This document shows positions 12,601-25,639 of a stretch of DNA of 51,058 nucleotides, piece by piece. Each line of letters begins with the position of its first letter. Positions within the stretch are counted from its first letter, which is position 1. The DNA lies in NCBI GenBank assembly GCA_030141605.1, contig JAQGDQ010001267.1:1-51058 (forward strand), read 5' to 3'. The notes under the pieces were generated by a model. That model saw only the letters and a list, made by a program, of their open reading frames with translations, searched no databases and was not told where the DNA came from. The DNA comes from Tubiluchus corallicola. Lineage: Eukaryota; Animalia; Priapulida. The position numbers and the translations under genes were made by a program.

Positions 12601-12877
12601 CTTTGTTAGCTATTTGGGACACGACATCTCTGGCGTGGACGTCAATCACTACTAAAGCTCCGAGAGTGATCCGGGCCTGAGTGCTCAACTTCCCCCTCAC
12701 CAACTTCACTATGTCCGCTAGGTGACTGTTCAACTTGTCGTAGTATTCCAGCAGACCCTGGGTGCCCGATCGGATGGATTCGTGAACCTCGCTGGTCCAG
12801 TAGATTTGGGAGACGCAGAGGACGATCTGACCCGGCCACTCGGTCACCCACTCGTCACGCTCGGATATAGCATAATT
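12601..12877 (-). CDS. DNAH12: Dynein heavy chain exon 9 of window
   Basis: [28 protein letters not shown]...[22 protein letters not shown](G); 277 nt, cag/gtttgt. Confidence 0.95.
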
Positions 12878-13109
12878 CTGAAAGAATGTCCATTCGAATG
12901 TCCATTATATGTCCGAGCAAATCACTGACCAAAAAACAAGTGATCTATTGAAGTCTGACATACAGATATTACAGATAAGTTTACACATAATTTTTGTTTG
13001 TAATGATTTCATGAAAATGGGATATGTTTCCAATCTGTGTTGAGTTGGTACAAAAGTCGAGTCATTTCATCAGAGTCCTAGTGCTATTTCTTTATAAAAC
13101 ATAAACATG

Positions 13110-13756
13110 AACATGTTCTTATGTTCTCATGTTCTTATGTTGAAATATTTTTCTTATCTCATGTTCTTATGTGCTTATGCTGATATATTTTTCTGTTCTC
13201 ATGTTCTTATGCACTCATGTTCTTATGTTCTTATGCACTCATGTTCTTGTGTTCTTATGCTCTCATGTTCTTATGCTGATATGTTCTTATGTTCTCATGT
13301 TCTTATGTTGATATATTTTTCTGATCTCATGTTCTTATGTTCTTATGCACACATTTCTTGTGTTCTTATGCTCTCATGTTCTTATGCTGATATATTCTAA
13401 TGTTCTCATGTTCACATGTTCCCATCTTCTAATGTTGTTATGTATTCATGCTCTTATGCTCTCATGTTCTTATGCTTTCATTCTTATGTTCTCTTATTCT
13501 GATGTTCTCAAGTTTTTATGCACTCACGTTCTTATGTTTTTATGCACTCATGTTCTTATGCACTAATGTTCTTATGTTCTTATGCTCTCATGCTCACATG
13601 TTCCCGTCTTCTCGTGTTGTTATGTATTCATGCTCTTATGCTCTCATGTTCTTATGCTTTCATTCTTATGTTCTCTTGTTCTCATGTTCTTATGCTTTCG
13701 TTCTTATGTTCTCGTATTCTGATGCTCTCACGTTCTTATGTTCTCATGTTCTTATA
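13110..13756. repeat. Degenerate 8-mer repeat (TGTTCTTA/TGTTCTCA)n
   Basis: Direct reading. Confidence 0.9.
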
Positions 13757-14398
13757 CATGAGATTATAAATTGATGAGATCAAAATATCCAAATTTATTT
13801 TCGAAAAAAGTGAAATCATTTTAGTAACTTTTCACACGTTACGTTCTTAAGTAATTGTGCGAACTTTTTAAGCGAAATTGAGTATTTCAGCAGATTACGG
13901 CTGCGAATGCTAAAAATGAATAAACAAGAACTTTTAGGCTCAAACTGTATGCATCAAAATTATTCTGTAATGTAATTTGCACATGTATATGCCGCATTTT
14001 GTAATTTTTAGATAATACTGCATTTATAATTAATAAACCAATTGGTGAAAACATTTTAAATAATTAATAATTTTCTTTTCTAGTTAATATTTTTTCTAGT
14101 TACTTAAGTCTTTCAAGCAAGTAAGCGCTAAGTAATATAATTTTGCATGTAAAGTTTTTGGGACAAAGTTTAATATTGCCTGTTCTTCGCCTGATTTACA
14201 TTGTACGTAGTGACGTCACGTAATGACGCGTTGGAACAGTATTGCGGGAGATTTAAAATGAAAACAAACAAAAAATCCTTTTAATGCGAGTACGATATAC
14301 GCATAAAATTGCTATTTTGTAATAAATTTTTTTACGGAGATTTTTCTGAAACCTACTTCAGGTACCCCTTTTCTTGTCCTTTAGGGAACCTTACATAC

Positions 14399-14586
14399 CT
14401 TGTGAGCTTGGTACAGCACTTCACGTATTGACAGTAACATCACGTCCTGTACTTGGAGTAGCCATTTTTCCACGGCACCTCTAGCCTCGGAGGTGGATAT
14501 GACCTCAGTGAATTTGACAAATTCTCCTTCGCTACTGTACATGCCGTGTATGTCCAGATTCTCGTCAAACTTCAGCTTAGAAATGC
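14399..14586 (-). CDS. DNAH12: Dynein heavy chain exon 8 of window
   Basis: (G)ISKLKFDENLDIHGMYSSEGEFVKFTEVISTSEARGAVEKWLLQVQDVMLLSIREVLYQAHK; 188 nt, tag/gtatgt. Not in the ORF track. Confidence 0.95.
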
Positions 14587-14787
14587 CTAAATGAAAACAA
14601 AAGATTCAAACAAGGTGAGTTGTGATGACGAGAACAAATTAGTTAGCAAGATTTTGCAAAAGTAAACGAACGACCTCCACAAATAGAGGATTGTGAAATG
14701 AATGACGGAAAAACAGTCAAGAATGTTTCTTGTTTTATGCTAGGAATACAAGTTTAAAAAACGTATTGCTCCGCTTTTTTTGTACTA

Positions 14788-14844
14788 CACAATAACAATA
14801 ATAACAAAAACAACAACAGCAGCAGCAACAACAACAACAACAAT

Positions 14845-14929
<85 letters not shown>

Positions 14930-14993
14930 GCAACAACAACAGCAACAACAACAACAACAACAACAGCAACAACAACAGCAACAACAACAACAA
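14788..14993. repeat. (ACA/GCA)n microsatellite
   Basis: Direct reading. Confidence 0.95.
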
Positions 14994-15665
14994 CTTCCAT
15001 TTACTTTGCCATTCTATTATTGATTTTAACCGTTTTAAAATGAGTCTCATTTTAACCATACTACCTTTCTTTTTACCATAATGTTTAACTAATGTGAGAC
15101 TTAAACCCCATTTTTTACTATATGCAGTAGCAGTTCGTAGCTAAAATTAGTGCTGCTTCAGGAAATCTTCAGCCATAGTTTTAATACTGTGTAAAACTAA
15201 ACAAACATTATTTAATTTTAACGTTGTAATTTGTAATTGTAATTTTAAACAAACAAACGTACGAAAATCTGTGCATAAACTTGACAAAATCCTAAACAAA
15301 AAATATTGTTTGCTTACGAATAGCCTAAATTGTCACAGTTCAAGAATATGCCGCTACACGGCTTTTAAGCAGGTAACAACTGATAACAAACTGTGTGAGC
15401 GACAGTACTTTCTCTACCTAGCAGCAGACACTAGCAGTGTACCATCTTTCTACCTAAAGTGCAGCATCTTATCTCAAACGTGTGCGCATGGCAACTATTA
15501 ATTAGTTGCCTTATATGTTATTGCAGTCATTCTTAATTGTAGACCTGTTTTATAGCACATCTGATGGCAATAATTGTCCATTATCATTAACTATTAAATA
15601 TAAGTATCATTAAAGTATCATTAAATCATTAAAGTATCATTAACATAAACCCTAATATTTTAATG

Positions 15666-17278
15666 CACTCATATCTCGGTTCGCTGGACTTCGCTTTTAC
15701 GCATATATCAGAAAAGTGGGACAAAATCTGGCCTGTAAATGGTCCCGTATACCACGGACACAATCTATTGTTTTGTGAGCTGACCGCTAGTTGGCGGGCC
15801 GTCACTTTGTTTACACCGTGTAACCACGTGTATATCTCTATGTATAAAATGTAGAATCAATTATGCGGAGTTATTTGAGTCAAATGCCGAAAGTTTTTAT
15901 ATACTTTTGCATAGGAGCGTCTCATACTAGACGTTTTTGAGACAATCAGATGATTAATTCTACATTACCATGAGTCTAATACGACAGGAGGGGCCCGTAC
16001 TAGACGTTTTTGAGACAATCAGATGATTAATTCTACATTACCATGAGTCTAATACGTCAGGAGGGGCCCGTACTAGACGTTTTTGAGACAATCAGATGTT
16101 TAATTCTGCATTACCATGAGTCTAATACGACAGGAGGGGCCCGTACTAGACGTTTTTGAGACAATCAGATGTTTAATTCTGCATTACCATGAGTCTAATA
16201 CGACAGGAGGGGCCCGTACTAGACGTTTTTGAGACAATCAGATGATTAATTCTGCATTACCATGAGTCTAATACGTCAGGAGGGGCCCGTACTAGACGTT
16301 TTTGAGACAATCAGATGTTTAATTCTGCATTACCATGAGTCTAATACGACAGGAGGGGCCCGTACTAGACGTTTTTGAGACAATCAGATAATTAATTCTA
16401 CATTACCATGAGTCCAATACGACAGGAGGGGCCCGTACTAGACGTTTTTGAGACAATCAGATGGGGCCCGTACTAGACGTTATTAATTCTACATTACCAT
16501 GAGTCTAATACGACAGGAGGGGCCCGTACTAGACGTTTTTGAGACAATCAGATGATTAATTCTACATTACCATGAGTCTAATACGACAGGAGGGGCCCGT
16601 ACTAGACGTTTTTGAGACAATCAGATGTTTAATTCTACATTACCATGAGTCTAATACGAAAGGAGGGGCCCGTACTAGACGTTTTTGAGACAATCAGATG
16701 ATTAATTCTACATTACCATGAGTCTAATACGTCAGGAGGGGCCCGTACTAGACGTTTTTGAGACAATCAGATGATTAATTCTACATTACCATGAGTCTAA
16801 TACGACAGGAGGGGCCCGTACTAGACGTTTTTGAGACAATCAGATGATTAATTCTGCATTACCATGAGTCTAATACGAAAGGAGGGGCCCGTACTAGACG
16901 TTTTTGAGACAATCAGATGTTTAATTCTACATTACCATTTTTTTGGTTGAGTCTAATACGACAGGAGGGGCCCGTACTAGACGTTTTTGAGACAATCAGA
17001 TGTTTAATTCTGCATTACCATGAGTCTAATACGACAGGAGGGGCCCGTACTAGACGTTTTTGAGACAATCAGATGTTTAATTCTGCATTACCATGAGTCT
17101 AATACGACAGGTGGGGCCCGTACTAGACGTTTTTGAGACAATCAGATGTCCAATTCTACATTACCATGAGACTAATACACGACGCATACTGTATTAGCTT
17201 AGTATCGGTAAATACAAGCAATCGGCAAATTCGGACCGACGTCTCCCCGCTTTCGTCTGGCAAACCGAGATATGAGTG
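15666..17278. mobile_element. MITE family C (TA-flanked type) containing a 73-bp tandem array
   Basis: Perfect 16-bp TIR CACTCATATCTCGGTT...AACCGAGATATGAGTG; flanks tg / ta. Confidence 0.85.
15925..17178. repeat. 73-bp tandem repeat, about 17 copies
   Basis: Unit tactagacgtttttgagacaatcagatgattaattctacattaccatgagtctaatacgacaggaggggcccg; starts at 15925, 15998, and so on. Confidence 0.97.
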
Positions 17279-17334
17279 TATAACTGGAAATCACGCAGAA
17301 TAACACATTTATTGAACAGCATGTATCTCAGAGG

Positions 17335-18607
<1,273 letters not shown>

Positions 18608-18910
18608 TTAAAATATTGGAAGGAACACTCTATTTTATAAAAAATGACTTGCGTGAAAGAATTATTACCACACAAACACAATGTCGCGTTCGCACCACTA
18701 GTTCTTCAATGTTACAATCATTGCGCCGTTCGCTAGTTGGTGCCTGCATTTTGAGAAGTGTTGCAATTGCACAAAAAACAGGTGCTGTACCTCTCAGTTC
18801 AGGTGCATTACTTTGTGATGAACTAAACACATCACAGTATATGAAAAATCATCCTGTTTTCCTGGATGCTGGCTGTTATTTTCATTTCAACAGTTAAAAT
18901 GGATTCTCAC

Positions 18911-19032
18911 CTGGGGAAAAACAATCTCTTCTTCTCCAGGTAAGCATTCAGACCTTTGTTGATTTTGTCTAACAACTGATTGCTGTCAATCAACTTCTCA
19001 AACAGTCCATGAAAGCTGGTGGCTTGTAACAC
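18911..19032 (-). CDS. DNAH12: Dynein heavy chain exon 6 of window (linker)
   Basis: tag|GTG TTA CAA...CCC AG|gtgag; VLQATSFHGLFEKLIDSNQLLDKINKGLNAYLEKKRLFFP(R); 122 nt. Not in the ORF track. Confidence 0.95.
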
Positions 19033-19147
19033 CTATAAAAAGCAGAAAAAAGTTTACTACTTGGTAATTCATCAGTACAACTTAAAGCACAAGAAAACCC
19101 TTCATAAACATAAAGCTTAAAAAATTTGTCTTGAAATTTTATATCAC

Positions 19148-19654
19148 TTTGTTGTTGCTTGTTGTTGGCATCCTTCTGTCTCGGAAGACAATGGAGTGTG
19201 CGCCAAGAGAGTCAGTTATTGTTCACATTGATGGAGCTGCAGCGTCGACTGTGGCTGAGCAGTCCGATCCTTGAACGTCTCCAGGGCGCACGCCTGGGCA
19301 AGCTGTAAGGAGATCCTGAGTTGCCCAGACAACAGGAACCCCCTCTCTTCCTCCCTGGTGTAGTCCAAAGGAAAGCGGAGCGATACGTTTGGCACCAGGT
19401 TGGCTGCAGGAGCTGCCAGAGTCAGTGAGCATGCTGCACTGGTCCGCCTTCGGGGCTCCACTCCTGATTTGGAAGGTTTACTCCTCTACACATGAGCATG
19501 CTGCACTGGTCCGCCTTCGGGGCTCCACTCCTGATTTGGAAGGTTTACTCCTCTACACATGGCCGTTGGGTCACTTGACCTCCTCCTCCCTCTAGCTGTT
19601 GGCTGCTTGTGCAGCTCCTCTGCCTAGTGTCGAGATACAGTGTGGGCCTCCCGC
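19148..19654 (-). mobile_element. RTE-related SINE-like body with (CAA)n tail, contiguous with the 5S copy
   Basis: GC-rich non-coding segment ending ccattgtcttccgagacagaaggatgcc(aac)n as in RTE 3' ends; 67-bp internal duplication at 19426-19559. Confidence 0.7.
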
Positions 19655-19770
19655 AAGCCTACTGCACCTGCTATTCCTAGTCGGTCACCCATCCAAGTAC
19701 TAACCAGGCTCTACATTGCTTAACTTCAATGATCAGACGAGAACCGGTGTTTTCAACTTGGTTTGGCTAG
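19655..19770 (-). pseudogene. Degenerate near-full-length 5S rRNA copy
   Basis: Minus strand agccaaaccaagttgaaaacaccggttctcgtctgatcattgaagttaagcaatgtagagcctggttagtacttggatgggtgaccgactaggaatagcaggtgcagtaggctt follows animal 5S with internal promoter boxes; no oligo-T terminator follows. Confidence 0.9.
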
Positions 19771-20040
19771 TTATTATTATTATTATTACAACACGCTCAT
19801 AATAAATTTCTATTTTTGTTTAAAATAATTATGGTCTATTTCAATCTCTGTCGTGTTAGTTTATGGTGGAATCGTCGGCTACCTTCACCAGCCTCTCCAA
19901 ACCTTTCAGTTTTTTATAATAAAAAATCCATCAGTAAAATCATTCAAAATCTAAGCCGCCTTTTTCGTCACAACGTTAAAAGAACATGCCAAGTGACCAA
20001 TGGGTTGAGGTGTCAGAACGCCGTGGGACCAGAGGAGTAT

Positions 20041-20360
20041 TAACCAATAGGCTAACTAGGCCTAGGGAGTCATATTTTAGGTGCCTAGTTTAAAAAAAAA
20101 CATATTCTCGGAAAATGTGTATCTATTTATATTCGTATAAAACAAGCATTGCATAACACACCACAGGCAGTTACTGAGACCGGTTGCTATATAATCGTCA
20201 AATATCGAACAAGTACCAGGTACTACACAACAAACAGTTACCCAGCGTGCTTGTATATATATACGCTGTTCATATACACATAATTAACAATAACTGTTAA
20301 AACTAGGTTAACATTATTACTAACACAGCACAAATAATTGCTTAATTTGTTAAATACATA
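20041..20360. repeat. Unclassified dispersed repeat; diverged copy at about 44453-44755
   Basis: Shared ataacaca..acaggca.tta.tgaga, aaactaggt.aaca and taacacagcacaa blocks in the same order. Confidence 0.6.
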
Positions 20361-20389
20361 AACAATCAGTTCGAACTATCAGCATAGGG

Positions 20390-20864
20390 CGTCGTGGAGT
20401 CTTGATATGTCCCTGTGAAGCACCCACGTAAGCCAAGAGATAGTTAGCTGAATCAAGGTACAATGAATACACTTTATAAGGAGTTTGCGGTCTTTGGACC
20501 AACGAAGTCAGTTACCATGAGTAAAAGAGGACCTGTTAAACTATGTTGAAAGCATTAGATTATGATAGATAATTATGTTGATGAATGCTGGTATGAAGCC
20601 CAGTTAAGGAGTGGTGTCACGTAAGCAAGTGATTCAGAACCGAAGCGTAGGCGTCGAAGCTCCCCGCACGATATATAAGCCTTGTGATGCGCCCAGCTCA
20701 GGAGATTGAGTCTGGGAGTTGAAGGAGATCAGGGGGCTTGGCATTACTATCTGTTATATTTATTGTGTTTGATGTTCAATAAACGTGTAGTTTTATCATC
20801 TGACTCTTCATAGTTTTGCCAACCCTAAAACACCAATAATCAGCTTTACACAACCGATACAACG
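20390..20864 (+). mobile_element. Solo-LTR-like segment
   Basis: TATATAA at about 20672, AATAAA at 20778, short inverted ends cgtcgt...acaacg; canonical TG..CA and TSD not seen. Confidence 0.45.
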
Positions 20865-20895
20865 AATTATTTTACTGCATGTATAATTATCCTGT

Positions 20896-21153
20896 CCAGA
20901 CAGTTTAGTCTAGTGGTAATGCGTCTGCTTTCCCTCTGGAAAGTCGTGAGTTCGAACCAGCGACCGGGTCATACCAAAGACTTTAAAATTGGTACCTGCT
21001 GTTGCCCTGCCTGACGCGTGGCATTTTGGGGTAAAAGTGGGGTAATAATAGTCTCTGTTATGTAGTTGTAGGTTGTTATTTACAGTCGGCGATAATAGGT
21101 CTTTGAGCTAATGTTAATTGTTGACCCAAAAGCTGACTTTATATTATTATTAT
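20896..21153 (+). mobile_element. tRNA-derived SINE (Meta-domain-like core), copy 1
   Basis: A box tagtctagtgg, B box gttcgaacc, core gggtcataccaaagactttaaaattggtacc, (ATT)n tail. Confidence 0.85.
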
Positions 21154-22912
21154 ACAGCACCCACGCTTCGACGTTTATTGGCTGAGAGGCTAGAGTGTCA
21201 GAATCACAGAAAGCGAGCACAGTTGTACTGAACTGGCTGTTGTGTATAGTGTTTCAACCCACGCGAAAATAGTTCAAAAGACAACTACCTCATTTGGAGG
21301 CGACTCAGGATGGGTCAAGCAACTGACCAGCGGATATTGATAGCCTGGAGGAAAAATCACACAGGGGAGAGAAAAGCGAGTGGGCGAGTTAGCAGGATGC
21401 ACAGTATTTTCTGAAAAAAGGGGTCTGAATAGCAAAATTTCCGTGGGTTATATTAGACGAGAAAGAATTTAGCTACTCGAAAGAAGAAATTTCAGAAATA
21501 AGGTACTAACGCAGTGTTTACGCTGACAGAAAACGTGTGACTAGACCTCCTTAATCCGACTCATATAAAAACTATATAAAAACGCGCAAAGATGTTTGCA
21601 TAAAGTAGCAGTTAATAAATTACAAATCAAAAAATCTATACGGCATTGAATTTAGGTTGATAAACCACCATATCATTGATTATTTTTGCAAAACATTGAA
21701 TTTCATGTGCGCAGTTTACCCAGCGACAAGGGCAAGGTGATATAGTGCTTTATTAACAGCACACCCCTCCTTCCTAGAAATGCTTTGAGCCACGTGATGA
21801 CGTCAGAGCGTGCTCGGTAGCTGACACATGTTTACAAGATACAGCTAGGTTGAGCTATCCTAGCTGTAGTGAACGTAAATTTAGCTTGGTGAATGCGTAT
21901 TTGCTAGGTTCATACAGTTTCACATTTCTGCTGTAGACGGCTTTTTTTTGTAAGTATGTGAGAGCAAACTTTTAAATTTTTCTTTTGTCTGACGAACGCG
22001 GATCGGTTGACGCTGGATTTAACCGGTTTAAACCGGCCAAGTGCGACAGGTCTTGGTCAGGGTGAGTTCACGTGTCGCATGCTGTATATAAACGTGTAAC
22101 TAGGACATTTATGTTAATAAAAAAGTTTGTTAATTCACAAACACGCTTTTATTAACACGGCAAAATGATATTAATAGAATTACAAAGTTAATTCAATTCA
22201 AAGGTTTGTTTACCTCTAATATAATATTTATAGCGCAAATACAACAAATTATGTAAAGTATGTAGAGATGGGGTGGCGAAAGACCAGGAGGTCATCGAGT
22301 CAGCCACCCCTATATAACTTAGAAATATTATAAAGCACGGCAGACTGCATGGTTAAGTGAATAAATACGTGGTTAGGTCTTAAGTGTAGGAAATAATCAA
22401 AATGCAATGCAGTTATATTATAATTATACCAATGGAAAAAAAGCAAGCAAATAATGCAATTAAAAATTAAACCAACAACTGAACAAGTCATGAATGCAGC
22501 AACAACAACAACAATGATAGAATTGCTCTGACCAAAAAGCTGATTTTAATAATTTCAGCATTGTGACCAGAGCTAAAAATAACTGGGACTTATTAATAAA
22601 AGAAAGTTTATCAAAATCTTCTCTTAATGTAAAAAGCAGTTCAATTCCTTTAACGTTATTTTCAAACACTTAGGTATTTCTCACCGTGTTAATATCTTTT
22701 CTTCAGATCTGCTTAATCATTACTTATTTGGCTTTTGTTAACTACTCAATTTGTGCAAAAGAGGCTCCATGTTTGCAAATTTACCACTGACGATGACAGC
22801 AGCAGCTTGTCGAAACATTTGACATGATTTTAACTTTTTAATGTAAAAATGTTAATAAAGTTGTGTTGTTTTTAACTATAAATTACAAGGTTATTATAAG
22901 CACGATAAGAAT

Positions 22913-23217
22913 AGATGGTTTAGTTTAGTGGTAATGCATGTGCTTTCCGTCTGGGAGGTCGTGAGTTCGAACCAGCGGCCGGGTGATACCCAAAGACTTT
23001 AAAAATGGTACCTGCTATTGCCCTGCCTGGCGCGTGGTATTTAGGGTAAAAGTGGGGTAATAATAGTCTCTGTTATGTAGTTGTAGGTTGTTATTTACAG
23101 TCGGCGATAATAGCTCTTTGAGCTAATGTTAATTGTTGACCCAAAAGCCGACTTTAAATAAAGATTATTATTATCGTTATTATTATTATTATTACTACTA
23201 TTATTATTATTATTATT
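22913..23217 (+). mobile_element. tRNA-derived SINE, copy 2
   Basis: Near-identical to copy 1 with a longer (ATT)n tail. Confidence 0.85.
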
Positions 23218-23350
23218 TGAATAGAATTACAAGATGACTGTAATTATGAGAGGACAGACCAAACTGGAGCTGGTAAGCTAAAGAGCCACATTTTCAATTC
23301 CAGTGAAGTGTAGTATGATATTCAACAGTTGATATTAAAAAATCGTTTAA

Positions 23351-25412
23351 AGGAAAGAACAAGTCACTCAGTTGGTTCGGTTTATTAGGGCAGAGCATTC
23401 TCTACCAGAAAGCGAATTCGAATCGAACCGAATTTGCGACTTTCGAATCGAACCGAACTTCAGTGTTTCGAATTCGAACTGAATTCGAATTGAGATTGAA
23501 AGATTTTCGAACTAGTTTTCGAACCACCAGCAAAAATTAGTCTTACAAAGAACATGCATATCACTAGATTTTGTTCTGCAATAAAACGACTAGTAATTTC
23601 CTTAAAATTGTGTGCAGAAATCACAGCTAAATTATGCTAATTGCATGATGTTTCAATCATTTTAGTGATAAAGAACATGTGTGATTGAAGTGCTGCATTA
23701 TTCGAATCTATAGTATTGGATTCGAATCGAGTTCGAACTAAAAAAACTCGTTCGAATCGAATTCGAACGTTCGATGCTCACCCCTACGGTTTATTTAACT
23801 TAGAAAAATATAACAAAGAAATTTGCAAACTGCCTTTAATGCATAAATTTAAAATATTCTGCCTATGAATAGAAATGTAAGGGGCTTTTCAGAGGCAGAA
23901 TGTAATAATAATAATTTATTTTTTGCCTTCAAAATAACAATCATAGATAGCATATAAAAATGATTTACAAAGATTAAAGAAGGGAGGGATGGCGAAAGAC
24001 CAAAAAGCTATCTAGTCTGCCATCTCTAAATAGTGAGTCTACTAATTTCAGCACGGTGAGCAAATATTGTTAGAACAAAATAAAGATTTGAATAGGAAAA
24101 CAGATCAAAATTAAATGAATAGCAAACAATTATGGTAAATAAAATTATGCAAATTTGCGCACTACAAAGTGAAAACAAAATTAGTAAAGCCGAGTTCTGT
24201 GGGCAAAACTAACTAATGAAAAGCAAAATAGCTAACAAACTAATTTGACTATGCAATAATAACACTAGAAGAAGCAAAGTTGCATGTACATGTAAGGCCA
24301 TAATGGTTTTAAACTAAATGAATAACAAAGCTTGTGGTCTTACAAGCTTTGCTTCTTGACCACCATGCAGCATCTATTTCTTGTTGACAAACTATTATGT
24401 AGTTTAGTAACTATGTTAGTACACTTCTGTTAAATTTTTGTAATTATATTTGGAATTTTTTCCCTAACTATATCATGCTATAGTATACTAATGTAGTTCT
24501 GTTACAATTATTGTAACTATATTTCATTTTCTAGTTATAGGGCATAATAGTTAAAGATAATAATGCAAACTGTAATGTAAAAATGCATTAAATTACAATT
24601 ACAAATAACTGTATATTATTAACGCTATTTTTAATATGATATTAATACTTTTCGAACCTGGTTATATTTTTTAAGTTTAAAGAGATATGCCAAGTGTTGG
24701 TCACTTGAAATGACTTTTCGTGTTTAAGCGCGTGTTGCTTGAACTAATTCAAACTTCTCTGCTTGCCTAATGTTCACGCAAATTACAAATGTTTTTTCTG
24801 AAAAATTATTTTACTTTTGACGAAGACTGAGAAAATTTTGAATTGTTAATAATATTGGTGATGATGATGATGACAAAGATATTGATGATGGGGATTGGAA
24901 TAGTATGAGTGATTAATATATCTTTTATTTATTAAGAAAGGTAAGAACTATCTTAGATAGCGTACATGGAATTTGGTAAAAAATGGAGCCTTGTCAATAA
25001 TTAAATAATTGTGACTAATAATTGTTGCCACCATTCACTTGAAAATCACGACGTAACTGAGAAAATTCGTGATTTTTCGTAAGCGCGTCGTGGTTTTCCG
25101 TAAGCGTGCGCAGCTTAAACGAATTCAGACTTCTGCAGTTTATTTAACGTTCACGCACTCGATCTATTTTTTTTTAAATCTTATTAAACTTTAAGTGAAG
25201 ATTGACATTGCGCTGCTTTTCTTCAATGAATGACGTCATTGGTGGAAGAAAGGGCATTGAAAATGGGAGCTCCCAAGCATGAAGCGATCGCTACTTTAAA
25301 GTAATTTTACTGGTTACACGAGGCGTTTATTGCAGTTTTGTTACTAGATCCTTCTAACATTTTTAGCGAATATTGAAACAAACTAAGCCTCCCAGAATAC
25401 TTGACTTTTCCT
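23351..25412. mobile_element. Older copy of the same Kolobok-like element with nested insertions
   Basis: ttaa|AGGAAAGAACAAGTCAC at 23351; 25020-25380 parallels 27395-27760; ends cttttcct|tcaa. Confidence 0.7.
23386..23786. mobile_element. hAT-type MITE family B (TAGGG termini, TTCGAA-rich subterminal repeats)
   Basis: TAGGGCAGAGCAT...ATGCTCACCCCTA; perfect 8-bp TSD cggtttat on both sides. Confidence 0.9.
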
Positions 25413-25639
25413 TCAATAGTCAGTCTTAGTATGTTTTATATGTCAGTTTAAAAACACAGTTTATTTGATTGAGATTAGACAGTTTTAAAAGCGGATACGC
25501 GAATGCAGAAGTGCAGAACATATAAAGTAATCTTGACAGAAATAAACTCATTTAAAAATACATATAAACAAAGACATATACACAAAAAGTGGAGATGAAA
25601 GCAGCAGGAGTCACCAAGTTCGTTCATATGAGCATTAAT

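Noticed and set aside
11765-12847. 360-aa ORF: dynein segment fused to poly-leucine
   Set aside because: Read-through past the donor at 12600 into simple repeats; the true exon is 12601-12877.
15925-17178. Regular arrays (also 7150-8938, 26471-27305, 49393-50333) as CRISPR
   Set aside because: Head-to-tail units with no unique spacers, no cas genes, and an intron-containing animal locus.
19655-19770. Functional 5S rRNA gene
   Set aside because: Many substitutions, 5' end slightly clipped, no terminator, not in an array.
20896-20970. tRNA gene
   Set aside because: A/B boxes continue into a SINE body and tail shared by three copies; no convincing acceptor stem.
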